Source: a virus
Direction: 5' to 3' (one strand)
DNA: 64,000 bases
Virus record (IMG/VR): IMGVR_UViG_3300047557_002769
Coordinates: 1-64,000 of that record
The notes below the pieces were generated by a model that did not search any database, was not told the DNA's origin, and saw only the letters and a program-made list of their open reading frames with translations. The position numbers and the translations under genes were made by a program. The number at the start of each line of letters is the position of its first letter. Position 1 is the first letter of the stretch. This document shows positions 49,418 to 58,607 of this stretch, in pieces.

Positions 49418-49747
49418 TTAAACTGGCTTACCTAAGTTTAATTTACCGAAACCCGTTGATATGATGCAAGCAACACCTGTATCCTTGAGTAGCATTACAG
49501 TCGTATAGTCACCGGTCTTTTCATTCAATAATAATATTGTGACCAGATTGTTTGGTTTTTCGTTAGTATGAAAATTGTCTGAGCCAACGAATACTGGTAC
49601 CTCCCCTCCATCCTTAAGATTCTTAAGCAGCTCGGCTGCTGGCATGCACAGGACAGGGAGTGGTACTTGCTTCGGTGAACTAAGTTGAGCTGACGAGGTT
49701 AAACTTAGACTCGTAAAGATCGCGATAGCGAATAAGCTCTTTAACAT
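49418..49747 (-). CDS. Secreted hypothetical protein
   Basis: Signal peptide; two cysteines. Confidence 0.7.
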   Translation of the reverse strand: MLKSLFAIAIFTSLSLTSSAQLSSPKQVPLPVLCMPAAELLKNLKDGGEVPVFVGSDNFHTNEKPNNLVTILLLNEKTGDYTTVMLLKDTGVACIISTGFGKLNLGKPV

Positions 49748-50351
49748 GGTTGTCTCTCTTTTCTACAAATATTTGAGGGTCGTCATCTTCTACTGCAATT
49801 GCAACAACAATTTGACTTACCGGTATCTCGAATCTCTCCTCAAACATAATAGCGTAAGCAGAGCATTGCATAAAGTAATTACCTATGCTATCTTTGTCTT
49901 TTTGCTTAGATGCTGTCTTAAAGTCAATAATGGATAGTCTTCCATTAAAAAAAGCTACACAGTCGACTGTACCTGCCATCCTTAAATGGTCAGAGTACAT
50001 GCGTATTTCCTGTGCATGTATATTATCGATTTGATGTAAGACGGGTTTAAATTTTGTAAATAGTTCGACTTCTAACGGTGTTTGTAGTTTAGGTGGTGTA
50101 TTGTTAAGGTAATCCTCACATGCTTTATGTAACTTTGTACCTCGAGTAGATGCTCTTCTTGAGATAGCATTAGCCTGCTCATCTCCAACTCTTTTTCTCC
50201 ATTCGAAAATATACTTGCTATTATAAGCGGACAATACAGTAGTCACCGAAGGGTACTTATTGCCCTCCGGTGTAACATAATATCTAGTACCATCCTCATT
50301 TAGCTGCGTAAGCTTTGGTACAGATTTTTCTAATTTTACATGTGTAAACAT
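49680..50351 (-). CDS. PD-(D/E)XK exonuclease
   Basis: YPSVTTVL, RGT.LH, AGTVD, IIDFKT, Q..AYA. Confidence 0.9.
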   Translation of the reverse strand: MFTHVKLEKSVPKLTQLNEDGTRYYVTPEGNKYPSVTTVLSAYNSKYIFEWRKRVGDEQANAISRRASTRGTKLHKACEDYLNNTPPKLQTPLEVELFTKFKPVLHQIDNIHAQEIRMYSDHLRMAGTVDCVAFFNGRLSIIDFKTASKQKDKDSIGNYFMQCSAYAIMFEERFEIPVSQIVVAIAVEDDDPQIFVEKRDNHVKELIRYRDLYESKFNLVSST

Positions 50352-51122
50352 TTACTCGGTTGAGTCCTCATATTTTAGCTTAGCAAGAATATAATCTCTA
50401 ACTAAAGAGCTTCTTACAATATCATCTACTTCAAATTCAATTCTAGTAAAAGCATTCATATGATGTGCAATGTCAAAGAACTTTAACAGGCCGGATTTAT
50501 CATTACTCTTTTTAAGATCAGTCTGTCTATAATCACCGCACCAAATAATTTTCGATCGATAACCGACACGAGTCATTACGGTATCAATCTCTTCAAAGTT
50601 CATATTCTGCATCTCATCCACAATAATAATTGCATCGTCAAAACTCATACCCCGAATGAACGATGTAGAAATGAATTCTATATGACCTTGTTCAGAAAGT
50701 CTATCGTATGCGTCTTTCCTGTCGAATAATGTATGACAAATTTGTCTATATGGTTGTTGATAAATTTCTAGCTTCTCGTCTACGTCACCAGGTAGGTGAC
50801 CCATCTCGCGGGACTGTACAGCTGATCTTACTACAATGATTTTATTAAAGGGATTAGTTTTTTCGAGGACTTCCTCTAGTGCTTTATAAAGTGCAATGAA
50901 AGTTTTTCCTGTCCCAGCTACCCCGTGTAATGCGATAAAATAGTCTCCACGTTTATAAGCTTCAAAAAATCTTTTTTGATTTTCCGTTAATGGGTTAAAT
51001 GTTCTTAAATTGTCTAACTTTAATTTTAGTGTGTTGTTTGTGCTTGGTTGTTTTGTATGTGGGCGTTCTTCAGTATTTGTTTCGTTTGTGACAGTGTGTT
51101 TTGCAATTCTTTTGTTAGACAT
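50352..51122 (-). CDS. phoH: PhoH-family ATPase
   Basis: GVAGTGKT, GHLPG, RGMSFD, DEMQN, GD..Q.DL, IVRS; start at MSNKR (GAGG RBS). Confidence 0.95.
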   Translation of the reverse strand: MSNKRIAKHTVTNETNTEERPHTKQPSTNNTLKLKLDNLRTFNPLTENQKRFFEAYKRGDYFIALHGVAGTGKTFIALYKALEEVLEKTNPFNKIIVVRSAVQSREMGHLPGDVDEKLEIYQQPYRQICHTLFDRKDAYDRLSEQGHIEFISTSFIRGMSFDDAIIIVDEMQNMNFEEIDTVMTRVGYRSKIIWCGDYRQTDLKKSNDKSGLLKFFDIAHHMNAFTRIEFEVDDIVRSSLVRDYILAKLKYEDSTE

Positions 51123-51132
51123 AATACCTCTA

Positions 51133-51164
51133 CAAAAAAAAGACCACAGGGGGCCCTGTGGTCT
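51133..51164 (-). terminator. Intrinsic terminator upstream of phoH
   Basis: GACCACAGGG..CCCTGTGGTC followed by a T-run on the minus strand. Confidence 0.8.
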
Positions 51165-51197
51165 AGGTGGAGTTAAAAGAAAAGAATAGTTCAATAA

Positions 51198-51443
51198 TCA
51201 TTTTCTAGACAATTTATCGGAAAGATTACTCTTGTAATTAGCAGCACCAATTCTCGATAAAACCTCTCGGAAACCGTCATCCGTTCTACGGATACCTAGA
51301 CGTACCGAATCACCCATTGCAGGCGCACCCATTACAATCTCCAAATTTGGATTCTGTTCAAGGTATTCCTGCCGCGAGGAATAGGACATCAGCTTATCAA
51401 AAACTTCACCGGTTTCTTTATTTAAGAAAGTGTACGTAGGCAT
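51198..51443 (-). CDS. FmdB-like small protein
   Basis: MPTYTF.N..TGE, DGFREVL.RI. Confidence 0.75.
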   Translation of the reverse strand: MPTYTFLNKETGEVFDKLMSYSSRQEYLEQNPNLEIVMGAPAMGDSVRLGIRRTDDGFREVLSRIGAANYKSNLSDKLSRK

Positions 51444-51448
51444 ATTTT

Positions 51449-51456
51449 TATTTATA
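51449..51456 (-). promoter_or_regulatory. T4-type late promoter TATAAATA
   Basis: Exact consensus 5 nt before ATG 51443. Confidence 0.7.
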
Positions 51457-51985
51457 CAAACCAACTAGGAACTTCTCTTTTTTTCCAGCTTGCAAAAGAT
51501 TTTTTCGCACCTGTGTAATAATTACGGTAGCTATGGATCGCATTAGGTACTTTATATTCGTCGGGCATTGCCGGGGTAGGATCTGATAACCAGCCTTTAA
51601 TAGGAATATTATTAGGAGGAGTCTCAAACCATACCTTCATTCGCTCGGCCGAATGAACTTTATCGTACCTGTACGTATATTCTTTAAGCAACTCTACCCA
51701 GAGGGAGAATAGCCAACGGTAGTGAGTAATAGAAGCTCTTACCCAGATACCAGATGGATGCTTTACATGAGATGCTTTCCAGATATGTTGCTCCCTCTCA
51801 TCCTCAAGTAACCACCTCTGAATATTACGGTTATTAACCGTCTTACCGGTATACGGAACACCATCAAGAACACGATGCGCAGTTGACATAAGTTGCCCGT
51901 ATTCTAGTACCATCTTAACAACATGCTTATCTACATGCTGCGTAGCACAATCAGTAGGCTCATTACTTAAGAAAAAGATATTCAA
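51452..51985 (-). CDS. Pyrimidine-dimer DNA glycosylase-like protein
   Basis: MNIFFL...DKHVVKM.LE..QL.STAH, HP...W, EY..RY.K.H, AMP..YK. Confidence 0.75.
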   Translation of the reverse strand: MNIFFLSNEPTDCATQHVDKHVVKMVLEYGQLMSTAHRVLDGVPYTGKTVNNRNIQRWLLEDEREQHIWKASHVKHPSGIWVRASITHYRWLFSLWVELLKEYTYRYDKVHSAERMKVWFETPPNNIPIKGWLSDPTPAMPDEYKVPNAIHSYRNYYTGAKKSFASWKKREVPSWFV

Positions 51986-52176
51986 AGGGACCTCGTAAAT
52001 ACATCTTCAATCACGTAAACATTAAAAGAGACCTCTTCTTTTGTTTCACGCATAATTTTAGCTTTAGCTTCTTCAACTGCTGGTACACTTGCAAACACAC
52101 CTACATGCGTACTTTTTTTAGCGCGCCCAATTTTATCGAGAACGCTATACTCTAGATTATATACACAGCTTCTCAT
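51982..52176 (-). CDS. Hypothetical protein
   Basis: 64 aa, overlaps both neighbours by 4 nt. Confidence 0.65.
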   Translation of the reverse strand: MRSCVYNLEYSVLDKIGRAKKSTHVGVFASVPAVEEAKAKIMRETKEEVSFNVYVIEDVFTRSL

Positions 52177-52451
52177 GCTGCATTAATCCCTAGAGAAGTT
52201 TCACCAGTAAGTTGCTGGTACATTTGCTCGAACTCTTCATGATCAGCAACTTCGTTAGAGAAGTTTTGCTTATGATAAGTCTTTACCAGTTTACGGAACG
52301 TTTTCTTATTAAGCTGATATTCTTCGCTGATGTTTTTAATAGCTTCACGAATAAAATCTCGCTCACCTTCAATACGAGTCAACGAACTAGAAATTTCGAC
52401 CATACAGTCTTTAATAGCCTTTCGGGCTGCGGGATCTTGCGGCAAACTCAT
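52173..52451 (-). CDS. dsbA: dsDNA-binding protein, T4 DsbA-like
   Basis: EISSS..RIEGERD.I, KK.FRKL.K.YHKQNF..E. Confidence 0.8.
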   Translation of the reverse strand: MSLPQDPAARKAIKDCMVEISSSLTRIEGERDFIREAIKNISEEYQLNKKTFRKLVKTYHKQNFSNEVADHEEFEQMYQQLTGETSLGINAA

Positions 52452-52481
52452 TCACACCTCCAATAGTTAAACAATTATAAA

Positions 52482-52835
52482 TTAACGCCTCATCGATGCA
52501 ACATCTTTCGCTGCATCGTCGTTAAAGATAGGAACCAGATTAGACTTATGCATAGCAGCAATACCGACAATTTTATCACCGGTATATACCTTACGCTCTC
52601 CACAAGTCACCGCACCCTTAACATGCAAGTTAAGGCTAGGAACCGTAGCACTTTCTCTAACAGGGGATTTAGCATAGATAGTAGGCGCGCTAGACGTTTT
52701 AAGTTTCTTGCTTCGCGTCTTACCAGTAGGATCAATTCCGTACTTCGCACACCAAGCAGCATATTCGTCTCGCTCACGCTTAGACTTCTGCTTAGGCTTT
52801 ACCTTAGAAGAATAGTTAGTATAGATCAGACTCAT
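52482..52835 (-). CDS. Conserved phage hypothetical protein
   Basis: YTG..IVGIA.MHKSN.VP motif; GGAG RBS. Confidence 0.8.
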   Translation of the reverse strand: MSLIYTNYSSKVKPKQKSKRERDEYAAWCAKYGIDPTGKTRSKKLKTSSAPTIYAKSPVRESATVPSLNLHVKGAVTCGERKVYTGDKIVGIAAMHKSNLVPIFNDDAAKDVASMRR

Positions 52836-52860
52836 ATCAACTCCTTAACAAAGTTAAGAC

Positions 52861-52889
52861 ATTATATAATAAAACAATTATAATTTCAA
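52861..52889 (-). promoter_or_regulatory. Sigma70-like early promoter
   Basis: TTGAAA-N17-TATAAT. Confidence 0.75.
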
Positions 52890-52990
52890 GTTACGTTTGA
52901 TATTCTTTACATTATATGATCTCTCTGCAGAAGAATAGCTGGTATTAACAACCCAGCTTTCTTTTTTCTTAAACCACTTGCAGAGAGATT

Positions 52991-53455
52991 TTAAGCTAAA
53001 GGGGACTCTGCCTCTTTTGAAGCTTCTTTAGGAGGTAAAGCATTAGGGTAAGCCTCCCGTACAATATCTTCTTTTAGAGACTTATACTTCTTAGAAAGAT
53101 TTCTATCCTTAGCTAGACAAATAAGTTCAGCTTCTGATACGTGAAGCCCTTCAAGCATTTCGATAAAAAGACGTTCTTTTCTAATCGGAGTAATTTTCTG
53201 GTTAGGATCTAACCAAATGTAAAAACGTCGGTACTCTAGATGCAGGGTACTTTCATGATAGCCGATAGGCTTACCTGTTTCTTTACGGAAAGGTGGCTCG
53301 CCTTCCGGTAGACTCATTTTTACGTTTTTATCAAAGTTAATCCGCATTAGAGCTCGTAAAACAGGTGACTCATACTTTTTAAGCACGGCAACTTTTTCTT
53401 GTTTTGTCTTTGCCTTTTCAAACAAATCAAGAATCTCAGATTGTAGTAATGACAT
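52991..53455 (-). CDS. Conserved T4-like hypothetical protein downstream of rnh
   Basis: LPEGEPPF, RKERLFIEMLEGLH..EAEL. Confidence 0.8.
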   Translation of the reverse strand: MSLLQSEILDLFEKAKTKQEKVAVLKKYESPVLRALMRINFDKNVKMSLPEGEPPFRKETGKPIGYHESTLHLEYRRFYIWLDPNQKITPIRKERLFIEMLEGLHVSEAELICLAKDRNLSKKYKSLKEDIVREAYPNALPPKEASKEAESPLA

Positions 53456-54339
53456 TAAAACTCCTCTAGATGCTCCATTAGCATCTTCATTCTGTTAGCG
53501 ATAAAATAATCCAGAATCTTACTCTTGTCATTCTTTTGGTAAGATACGAAAGTATTTATGATACTGTCTTTAATATTGGAAGGAATGCAAGTAAAGTCTA
53601 CTAGCATCTTATTACGATCAAAGTTACGCTGAAAGATCACATCGGTAGGCCTACTAGAAGGGTTATTGAACCATTCAGTAAGTTTCTTTGAAGAAACTGG
53701 TCTCTGTCTTTCACCTTTAATAAAGGCATCATCCGGTGTAAGTACATTAGGAATACCATCCCCTGTATCACCCTTAATAATATGTTCAAAGACGTAAGCG
53801 TCAGGGGTTGAATCAGGTTTAATAAACTTCTTATGAACCGGGGAGAACTGCTTTACATGCTTATATTTTTGCAGTTGAATAAAGTCATGATCACCGGAGA
53901 TAATAAGTAGAGGATTGGGTTCTGAAATTAACGTACCTTCCTTTACATCATTATCCACACTCCACTCTGCTAAAGCTGCAATTACGTCATCAGCTTCAGC
54001 GCCTTCTATCTCAATAACTTTATACGGGAATACAGCTTTAATTTCTTCCTTAATTGTATTGATACTGTCAAAGATAAGAGCCCAATTTAGACCGGATTCT
54101 TCTCTGTTCTTTTTACGATTAGCCTTATAGTATGGGAAATGCTGTTTACGCCAATACTTCTTACTGTCACAAGCAAGAACTATGTCACCGTATTCCCGTT
54201 GAAATTTTACCTTATGACTCCTAATAGTATTAAGAACCATATGGCGGAGCAAATCTACCTCAATTTCAACGTCACGTCTATTACCAAGCTCAGCCATTAG
54301 ATTAGAAATAATGGTCTGGCTATAATCAATAATAATCAC
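53455..54339 (-). CDS. rnh: T4-type RNase H (5'-3' exonuclease)
   Basis: YWRK..FPYYKANR, EADD.I, SGDHDF.QL, GD.GDGIPN. Confidence 0.95.
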   Translation of the reverse strand: MIIIDYSQTIISNLMAELGNRRDVEIEVDLLRHMVLNTIRSHKVKFQREYGDIVLACDSKKYWRKQHFPYYKANRKKNREESGLNWALIFDSINTIKEEIKAVFPYKVIEIEGAEADDVIAALAEWSVDNDVKEGTLISEPNPLLIISGDHDFIQLQKYKHVKQFSPVHKKFIKPDSTPDAYVFEHIIKGDTGDGIPNVLTPDDAFIKGERQRPVSSKKLTEWFNNPSSRPTDVIFQRNFDRNKMLVDFTCIPSNIKDSIINTFVSYQKNDKSKILDYFIANRMKMLMEHLEEF

Positions 54340-55409
54340 TTTATTACTCTCACAATCAAACAGTCTTCGTTAATACGACCGGTAACAGGCGACTCTTTAG
54401 TAGTCAGCTCGCTAAGAATTCTACGTAGTTGGGTTTTACCCGCATTAAGCAATTTAGTAAGAACTTCTTGTGGCTTGCGAAGCGTCTTTTGTTCACATTT
54501 CTCAGGATCGTAATTCTGCAGGCTTGTACCTTTAACCTGAATACCATCAGAAGAGTCCGAACGATACGCTGCAAGCTTTTTATACTTAGTATTATACACC
54601 CATACCTGCTCTGCCCCTACAATAGTTGTAGGATGAACAGATTTAATTTTAAGTTCAGGATCCTCGACTTTATACTTCAGCTTAGCGATCTGCACACCGG
54701 CAGGCTTTTTCTTTTTAACTCTAGGCTTACGATTTGCTTTCTTAAACTGGTCGTAAACTGTAACCGCGTCAAGCCAGGCTTTGAGAAGCTTAATAATCTT
54801 AGGAGTTTTCTTCTTTACAGCTTTAGAATAGCCTTCTGAAAAAGCGGGATCTTTATCCTCATAAAGAGTAATAAACTCTCCAGCCTTTCTCTTAATCCAT
54901 GCTTCAATAAAAGTATTATACGCTCCAGGAATAGAACGAGCTTTCATATCAGACTGCAGGTCAAGCTCTTTACCTTCTGTAATAAAAAGATCAAGAGCAT
55001 GCTCGAGCTCGCCAATATACTCCTTGGCTCTTTGCTCCGTATAATCCCTTACGGTAGGCTTATTATTAAGTACCGCAGGTGTAATTTCTCTTAACGGGGT
55101 GTTATTAAGCAAGACATCGACATACTCACCAAGCTTATTTTGATGAATAGGTTTTAGCTGGTTGCCGTTGACAACTAGCCTAGCCAACCATCCCATTACT
55201 ACTTGAATATGGGCTTCGGGTATACGGTCGAAAATTTTTAGAGGTTCGCGACCGAACTTAGCAATAACGTAATTTCGAATATAACCACGAGCTTCCTTTC
55301 TATCAACGTTCGTATGATACCAAGTAAAAGCTCTGGTAAGCGCAGAATTATAATCCACCATGGTTGGCGTAATGCCAGCCGGTTCTAGAATCTTATGCCG
55401 CAAGTTCAA
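54336..55409 (-). CDS. Conserved T4-like hypothetical protein
   Basis: 357 aa; YNTKYKKL, KTLRKP, GRIN motifs. Confidence 0.8.
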   Translation of the reverse strand: MNLRHKILEPAGITPTMVDYNSALTRAFTWYHTNVDRKEARGYIRNYVIAKFGREPLKIFDRIPEAHIQVVMGWLARLVVNGNQLKPIHQNKLGEYVDVLLNNTPLREITPAVLNNKPTVRDYTEQRAKEYIGELEHALDLFITEGKELDLQSDMKARSIPGAYNTFIEAWIKRKAGEFITLYEDKDPAFSEGYSKAVKKKTPKIIKLLKAWLDAVTVYDQFKKANRKPRVKKKKPAGVQIAKLKYKVEDPELKIKSVHPTTIVGAEQVWVYNTKYKKLAAYRSDSSDGIQVKGTSLQNYDPEKCEQKTLRKPQEVLTKLLNAGKTQLRRILSELTTKESPVTGRINEDCLIVRVIK

Positions 55410-55686
55410 ACCTCACACGAGTAATTGCATCGTAACGAAATGAACGCCATTCTTGTTTGTCAAGATCGAATACTGCACATACATCTTCATTTACTGCTTT
55501 GGTTCGATCAGTCTTTTTTTCATATGACTTTACTCTCGACTCGCTAAGAGTGCAGTGCATTTCACGAGTTGTCCCGTCTTTCTTAAGAAAGGTAACGTAA
55601 ATCGGGCCATGCTTTAGATGTTCATTAAGCCATTCCCTAAAGGAAGCTTTATCTTTATCGTCAAATTTACTGTAACTATTTTCCAT
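55393..55686 (-). CDS. SH3-fold/WYL-like protein
   Basis: VTF.KKDGT.R.M.CTL, VFDLDK..WRSF. Confidence 0.8.
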   Translation of the reverse strand: MENSYSKFDDKDKASFREWLNEHLKHGPIYVTFLKKDGTTREMHCTLSESRVKSYEKKTDRTKAVNEDVCAVFDLDKQEWRSFRYDAITRVRFELAA

Positions 55687-55704
55687 AATTTCACCTCTTG
55701 TCAT

Positions 55705-55732
55705 ATTATAAAAGCTTTCAAAATGAGTTCAA
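55705..55732 (-). promoter_or_regulatory. Sigma70-like promoter
   Basis: TTGAAC-N16-TATAAT. Confidence 0.5.
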
Positions 55733-56677
55733 CTATTTACGGAATACCTTATCCATAATCTCTTTTGGTATCTCATGAATTTTTGATCTTTGGATTCTTA
55801 CTTCGCTCGGATCCCTCTTTATACGATTATAGAATACTTTGTTCCATGTTCGTTTTTGAATAGGTTCTTCCGATTCTGGTTTAGATTCTGGTTCAAGAAA
55901 ATTTATTTCTTCTTCCGGTGCTTCAGGTGGTTTGTTACGTAGAGAAATATTAGCTGCAATCAATAGCAAAATAGCTAAAGGATCAAAGACAAATATCAAT
56001 GTAATGATGACCCATCGTACAGCTTTTTCTAATGTATTTACTTCTGGGTCGTCACCATAAATTAGTGCAGCAATATATTTTATAGGTCCGACCTCTGCTT
56101 CGACTTTTCGAAGTTCTGCTGCTTTCGGTGCTCTTTCTTCGTTAAGTCTTGCAATTGCGGATTGACTTGTTTCGATTTGCTTTGCAAGAGCTGCTCTTTC
56201 TCGTGCCTGTTGTTTTCGGATATTGACAGACTTATCGACACCGGATTCGGAGTTACCTCTGGTGAGGGCTTGGTTGACTTGTTGATCAAGTTGAATAAGC
56301 GCGGCACGAGCATCATTTATGTTGTCCCTTTCAACTTTGATTTTTTCGTCAATTATAGATAGTTTAGCTGATACTTCTCCGGTTGGCATCGCCTGGTCTA
56401 AATGGGCTTTAGAAAGATAGCCAAAAATACCCATTGAGGTAATAAGAGAAAGTATTACAACTGAACCCGTTAGATAATACTTAATGGATCTAGGTGAGAT
56501 ATCCCAATTACGGTACAGCCAAGATGCAGTGACAAGTTTGGCTAGCTCTAATACACCACCCATAACTGCAATAGAGATAGGTGCAGCTGCAAAAATAGCA
56601 ATTAAACCTACTACTGAAAAGTAAGCCGCGACCCCTGAAAGAGCCACTGCAGTAGCTAGCGTTAGAATTGAAAGCAT
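55733..56677 (-). CDS. Membrane protein with coiled-coil
   Basis: Three N-terminal TMs, coiled coil, GPIKYIA, C-terminal TM (IFVFDPLA). Confidence 0.8.
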   Translation of the reverse strand: MLSILTLATAVALSGVAAYFSVVGLIAIFAAAPISIAVMGGVLELAKLVTASWLYRNWDISPRSIKYYLTGSVVILSLITSMGIFGYLSKAHLDQAMPTGEVSAKLSIIDEKIKVERDNINDARAALIQLDQQVNQALTRGNSESGVDKSVNIRKQQARERAALAKQIETSQSAIARLNEERAPKAAELRKVEAEVGPIKYIAALIYGDDPEVNTLEKAVRWVIITLIFVFDPLAILLLIAANISLRNKPPEAPEEEINFLEPESKPESEEPIQKRTWNKVFYNRIKRDPSEVRIQRSKIHEIPKEIMDKVFRK

Positions 56678-57078
56678 TATAGTTTAACGTGACTTTTGTG
56701 AATCTTACACTGTATCCACGAGTTATACCACTTATCTCTATCTTCTAATACACAGCGTACGAATTGCTCTTTAGCTTCTAAGTAATTAGTTGTGCCTTTA
56801 TTAGGACACAAATGGATGATTTCTCTCTTAAAGTTTTCTTTGCCTAGTTGCTCGATATCTGCTTTGAGCTCATCAGAAGACGACCAATACTCTTTCCAGT
56901 CGGATTCTGCTTTGTATCTTTTTCGGACTTTGTTGACCTGTTTCCGTTTTGTTGACCAGAAGAATTTTTTCCCAATGTATTGTCTACCAGATAGCAGATT
57001 CGTGATGATGTATACAAAACCATAATATTCTCCAGGTGTCAAGAAAGGTTCATTATTATAAAGCCATTCACTATTCAT
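56677..57078 (-). CDS. GIY-YIG-like nuclease domain protein
   Basis: GFVYIITN...QYIGKK, ESDWKEYW.S, FKREI. Confidence 0.75.
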   Translation of the reverse strand: MNSEWLYNNEPFLTPGEYYGFVYIITNLLSGRQYIGKKFFWSTKRKQVNKVRKRYKAESDWKEYWSSSDELKADIEQLGKENFKREIIHLCPNKGTTNYLEAKEQFVRCVLEDRDKWYNSWIQCKIHKSHVKL

Positions 57079-57224
57079 TCAAAGTCTTCCGTTTCATTGT
57101 CGTCATCTTCTTCTATTTGACCACCACAAAACGGACAGAAGTTTACTTCGTAGTAGGTTTCATCTAAGGAATGTTTAACTTTAAATTCAGCATCGCAACT
57201 ATCACAGTTATAGTTTCTTTGCAT
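57075..57224 (-). CDS. Small zinc-ribbon protein (49 aa)
   Basis: MQRNYNCDSC...FCPFCG plus acidic tail; overlaps neighbours. Confidence 0.8.
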   Translation of the reverse strand: MQRNYNCDSCDAEFKVKHSLDETYYEVNFCPFCGGQIEEDDDNETEDFE

Positions 57225-57657
57225 CGTCGGTTTCCTTTTCTTTCTTTAACTGAGCTTCTGCAACCCTATTGCGTAGCTCCGTTGTTGAAAAGCTATGCTG
57301 TCTACTGTTAAAGTAAACTTCCATGGGAAGATTAAACCCGGTAAATTGTTTATCCTTATACTCTTCTCCGATAATTCGAACATCAATAGGATAAGAAAGC
57401 AGAATATCCATTAGTTCTTTTTCGGTAGTATAGGGTACTACTTCATTAACATATTTACACGATTGCACCTGAATAAAACGCTCAAACAAAGTCTGAACAG
57501 GTTTATTTTTCCAGGTACGATCAACAGTTGGATCAGACTGTAGACCAACAATTAGATAATCACATTGTTCTTTTGCTTCTTTAAGCATCATATTATGGCC
57601 GGCATGAAAAAGATCAAAAGTACTAGCTGTAAATCCAATACGCATATTATTCTTCAT
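57208..57657 (-). CDS. Cytidylyltransferase (TagD-like)
   Basis: FDLFHAGH, LIVGL, ER, V.EV, R.HSFSTT. Confidence 0.9.
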   Translation of the reverse strand: MKNNMRIGFTASTFDLFHAGHNMMLKEAKEQCDYLIVGLQSDPTVDRTWKNKPVQTLFERFIQVQSCKYVNEVVPYTTEKELMDILLSYPIDVRIIGEEYKDKQFTGFNLPMEVYFNSRQHSFSTTELRNRVAEAQLKKEKETDDAKKL

Positions 57658-58087
57658 GTATCACCTCTACATTGCACTTTCTTAAAAATTCTACACCGTC
57701 ATTATTTCTGTAATGATTGCGATAGTATACTTTACTTATACCAGCACCGTAAATAAGCTTTGCGCACTCCATACACGGCGCATGTGTAATAAACATATCT
57801 GAATTAAGACCTGATTCAGATGACCGCGCTAGCTTTGCAATTGCATTTGCTTCAGCATGAATAACTTCAGGCTTGGTTTTTGTTGAGTATCTTGTGACTG
57901 ATCCGGTATTTTCTAAGATCATATCTTCACAATTGTTGTCCCAACCAGAAGGTGTACCGTTATAGCCAATACTTATAACTCTATTTTCTTTTACGACAAT
58001 AGCACCAACTTTAAGGCGTTTAGCTTTTGAAAGGGCAGCGTACGTTTCTGCTACTTTCATATGAGCTTTGATCATTTCAGTCTTCAT
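57647..58087 (-). CDS. dCMP deaminase
   Basis: GYNG, HAEANAI, PCMEC. Confidence 0.95.
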   Translation of the reverse strand: MKTEMIKAHMKVAETYAALSKAKRLKVGAIVVKENRVISIGYNGTPSGWDNNCEDMILENTGSVTRYSTKTKPEVIHAEANAIAKLARSSESGLNSDMFITHAPCMECAKLIYGAGISKVYYRNHYRNNDGVEFLRKCNVEVIHEE

Positions 58088-58607
58088 TAATCAGCATGTC
58101 CCCTGATCCGGGTTTAAGCGTACCTTCTTTTTCAGCGCGTTTAAACATTCGATCTTTATCTTTTTCGGAAGCTGTAAATGCCATGCGCCCGGTCTTCTTA
58201 CCAACAATCCTAGAAATTTCACCCCAGCCATGAAACTTATGATCTGGATCATGCTTTTTATCTTCTGGAGCTTCAGGTACGATAATATCACCGCTAGCGT
58301 CTCTTACTGCATGAATACAACAAACGACAGTATCTGGAGTAAGAGCTGTGATTTCGTGCTCTCTAAATGAACGAGTTACAAAGGTTGAAACAGCTTCGTA
58401 CTCTTTTGTTTCTTCTTGAATACCGACCTCAGGAACAGCGGAAAACTTGACTCTTACCCTACCAGCTGCGACCATTGTTACATGATCATAATCATGATGA
58501 TGCCCACAGTAAGTCTGATTTGCCTCGGTAAATCGCATCTCCTTAACATAGATGTTATGCTGGAAGATATGATTAACTTCCATTTTTAAGTTTTCATTCT
58601 TATTCAT
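58077..58607 (-). CDS. Cupin-fold protein
   Basis: GHHHDYDH...G.V, H.I.AL, CCIH. Confidence 0.7.
   Translation of the reverse strand: MNKNENLKMEVNHIFQHNIYVKEMRFTEANQTYCGHHHDYDHVTMVAAGRVRVKFSAVPEVGIQEETKEYEAVSTFVTRSFREHEITALTPDTVVCCIHAVRDASGDIIVPEAPEDKKHDPDHKFHGWGEISRIVGKKTGRMAFTASEKDKDRMFKRAEKEGTLKPGSGDMLINED

Noticed and set aside
49680-50351. CRISPR-associated Cas4
   Set aside because: Lacks the Fe-S cysteine set and any cas or array context; an ordinary phage PD-(D/E)XK exonuclease
51123-51194. N-terminal extension of PhoH in the ORF track
   Set aside because: It runs through a terminator hairpin; the ATG at 51122 has an RBS
56677-57078. Mobile homing endonuclease or intron
   Set aside because: Short stand-alone GIY-YIG-like domain without a DNA-binding extension; neighbouring genes are uninterrupted
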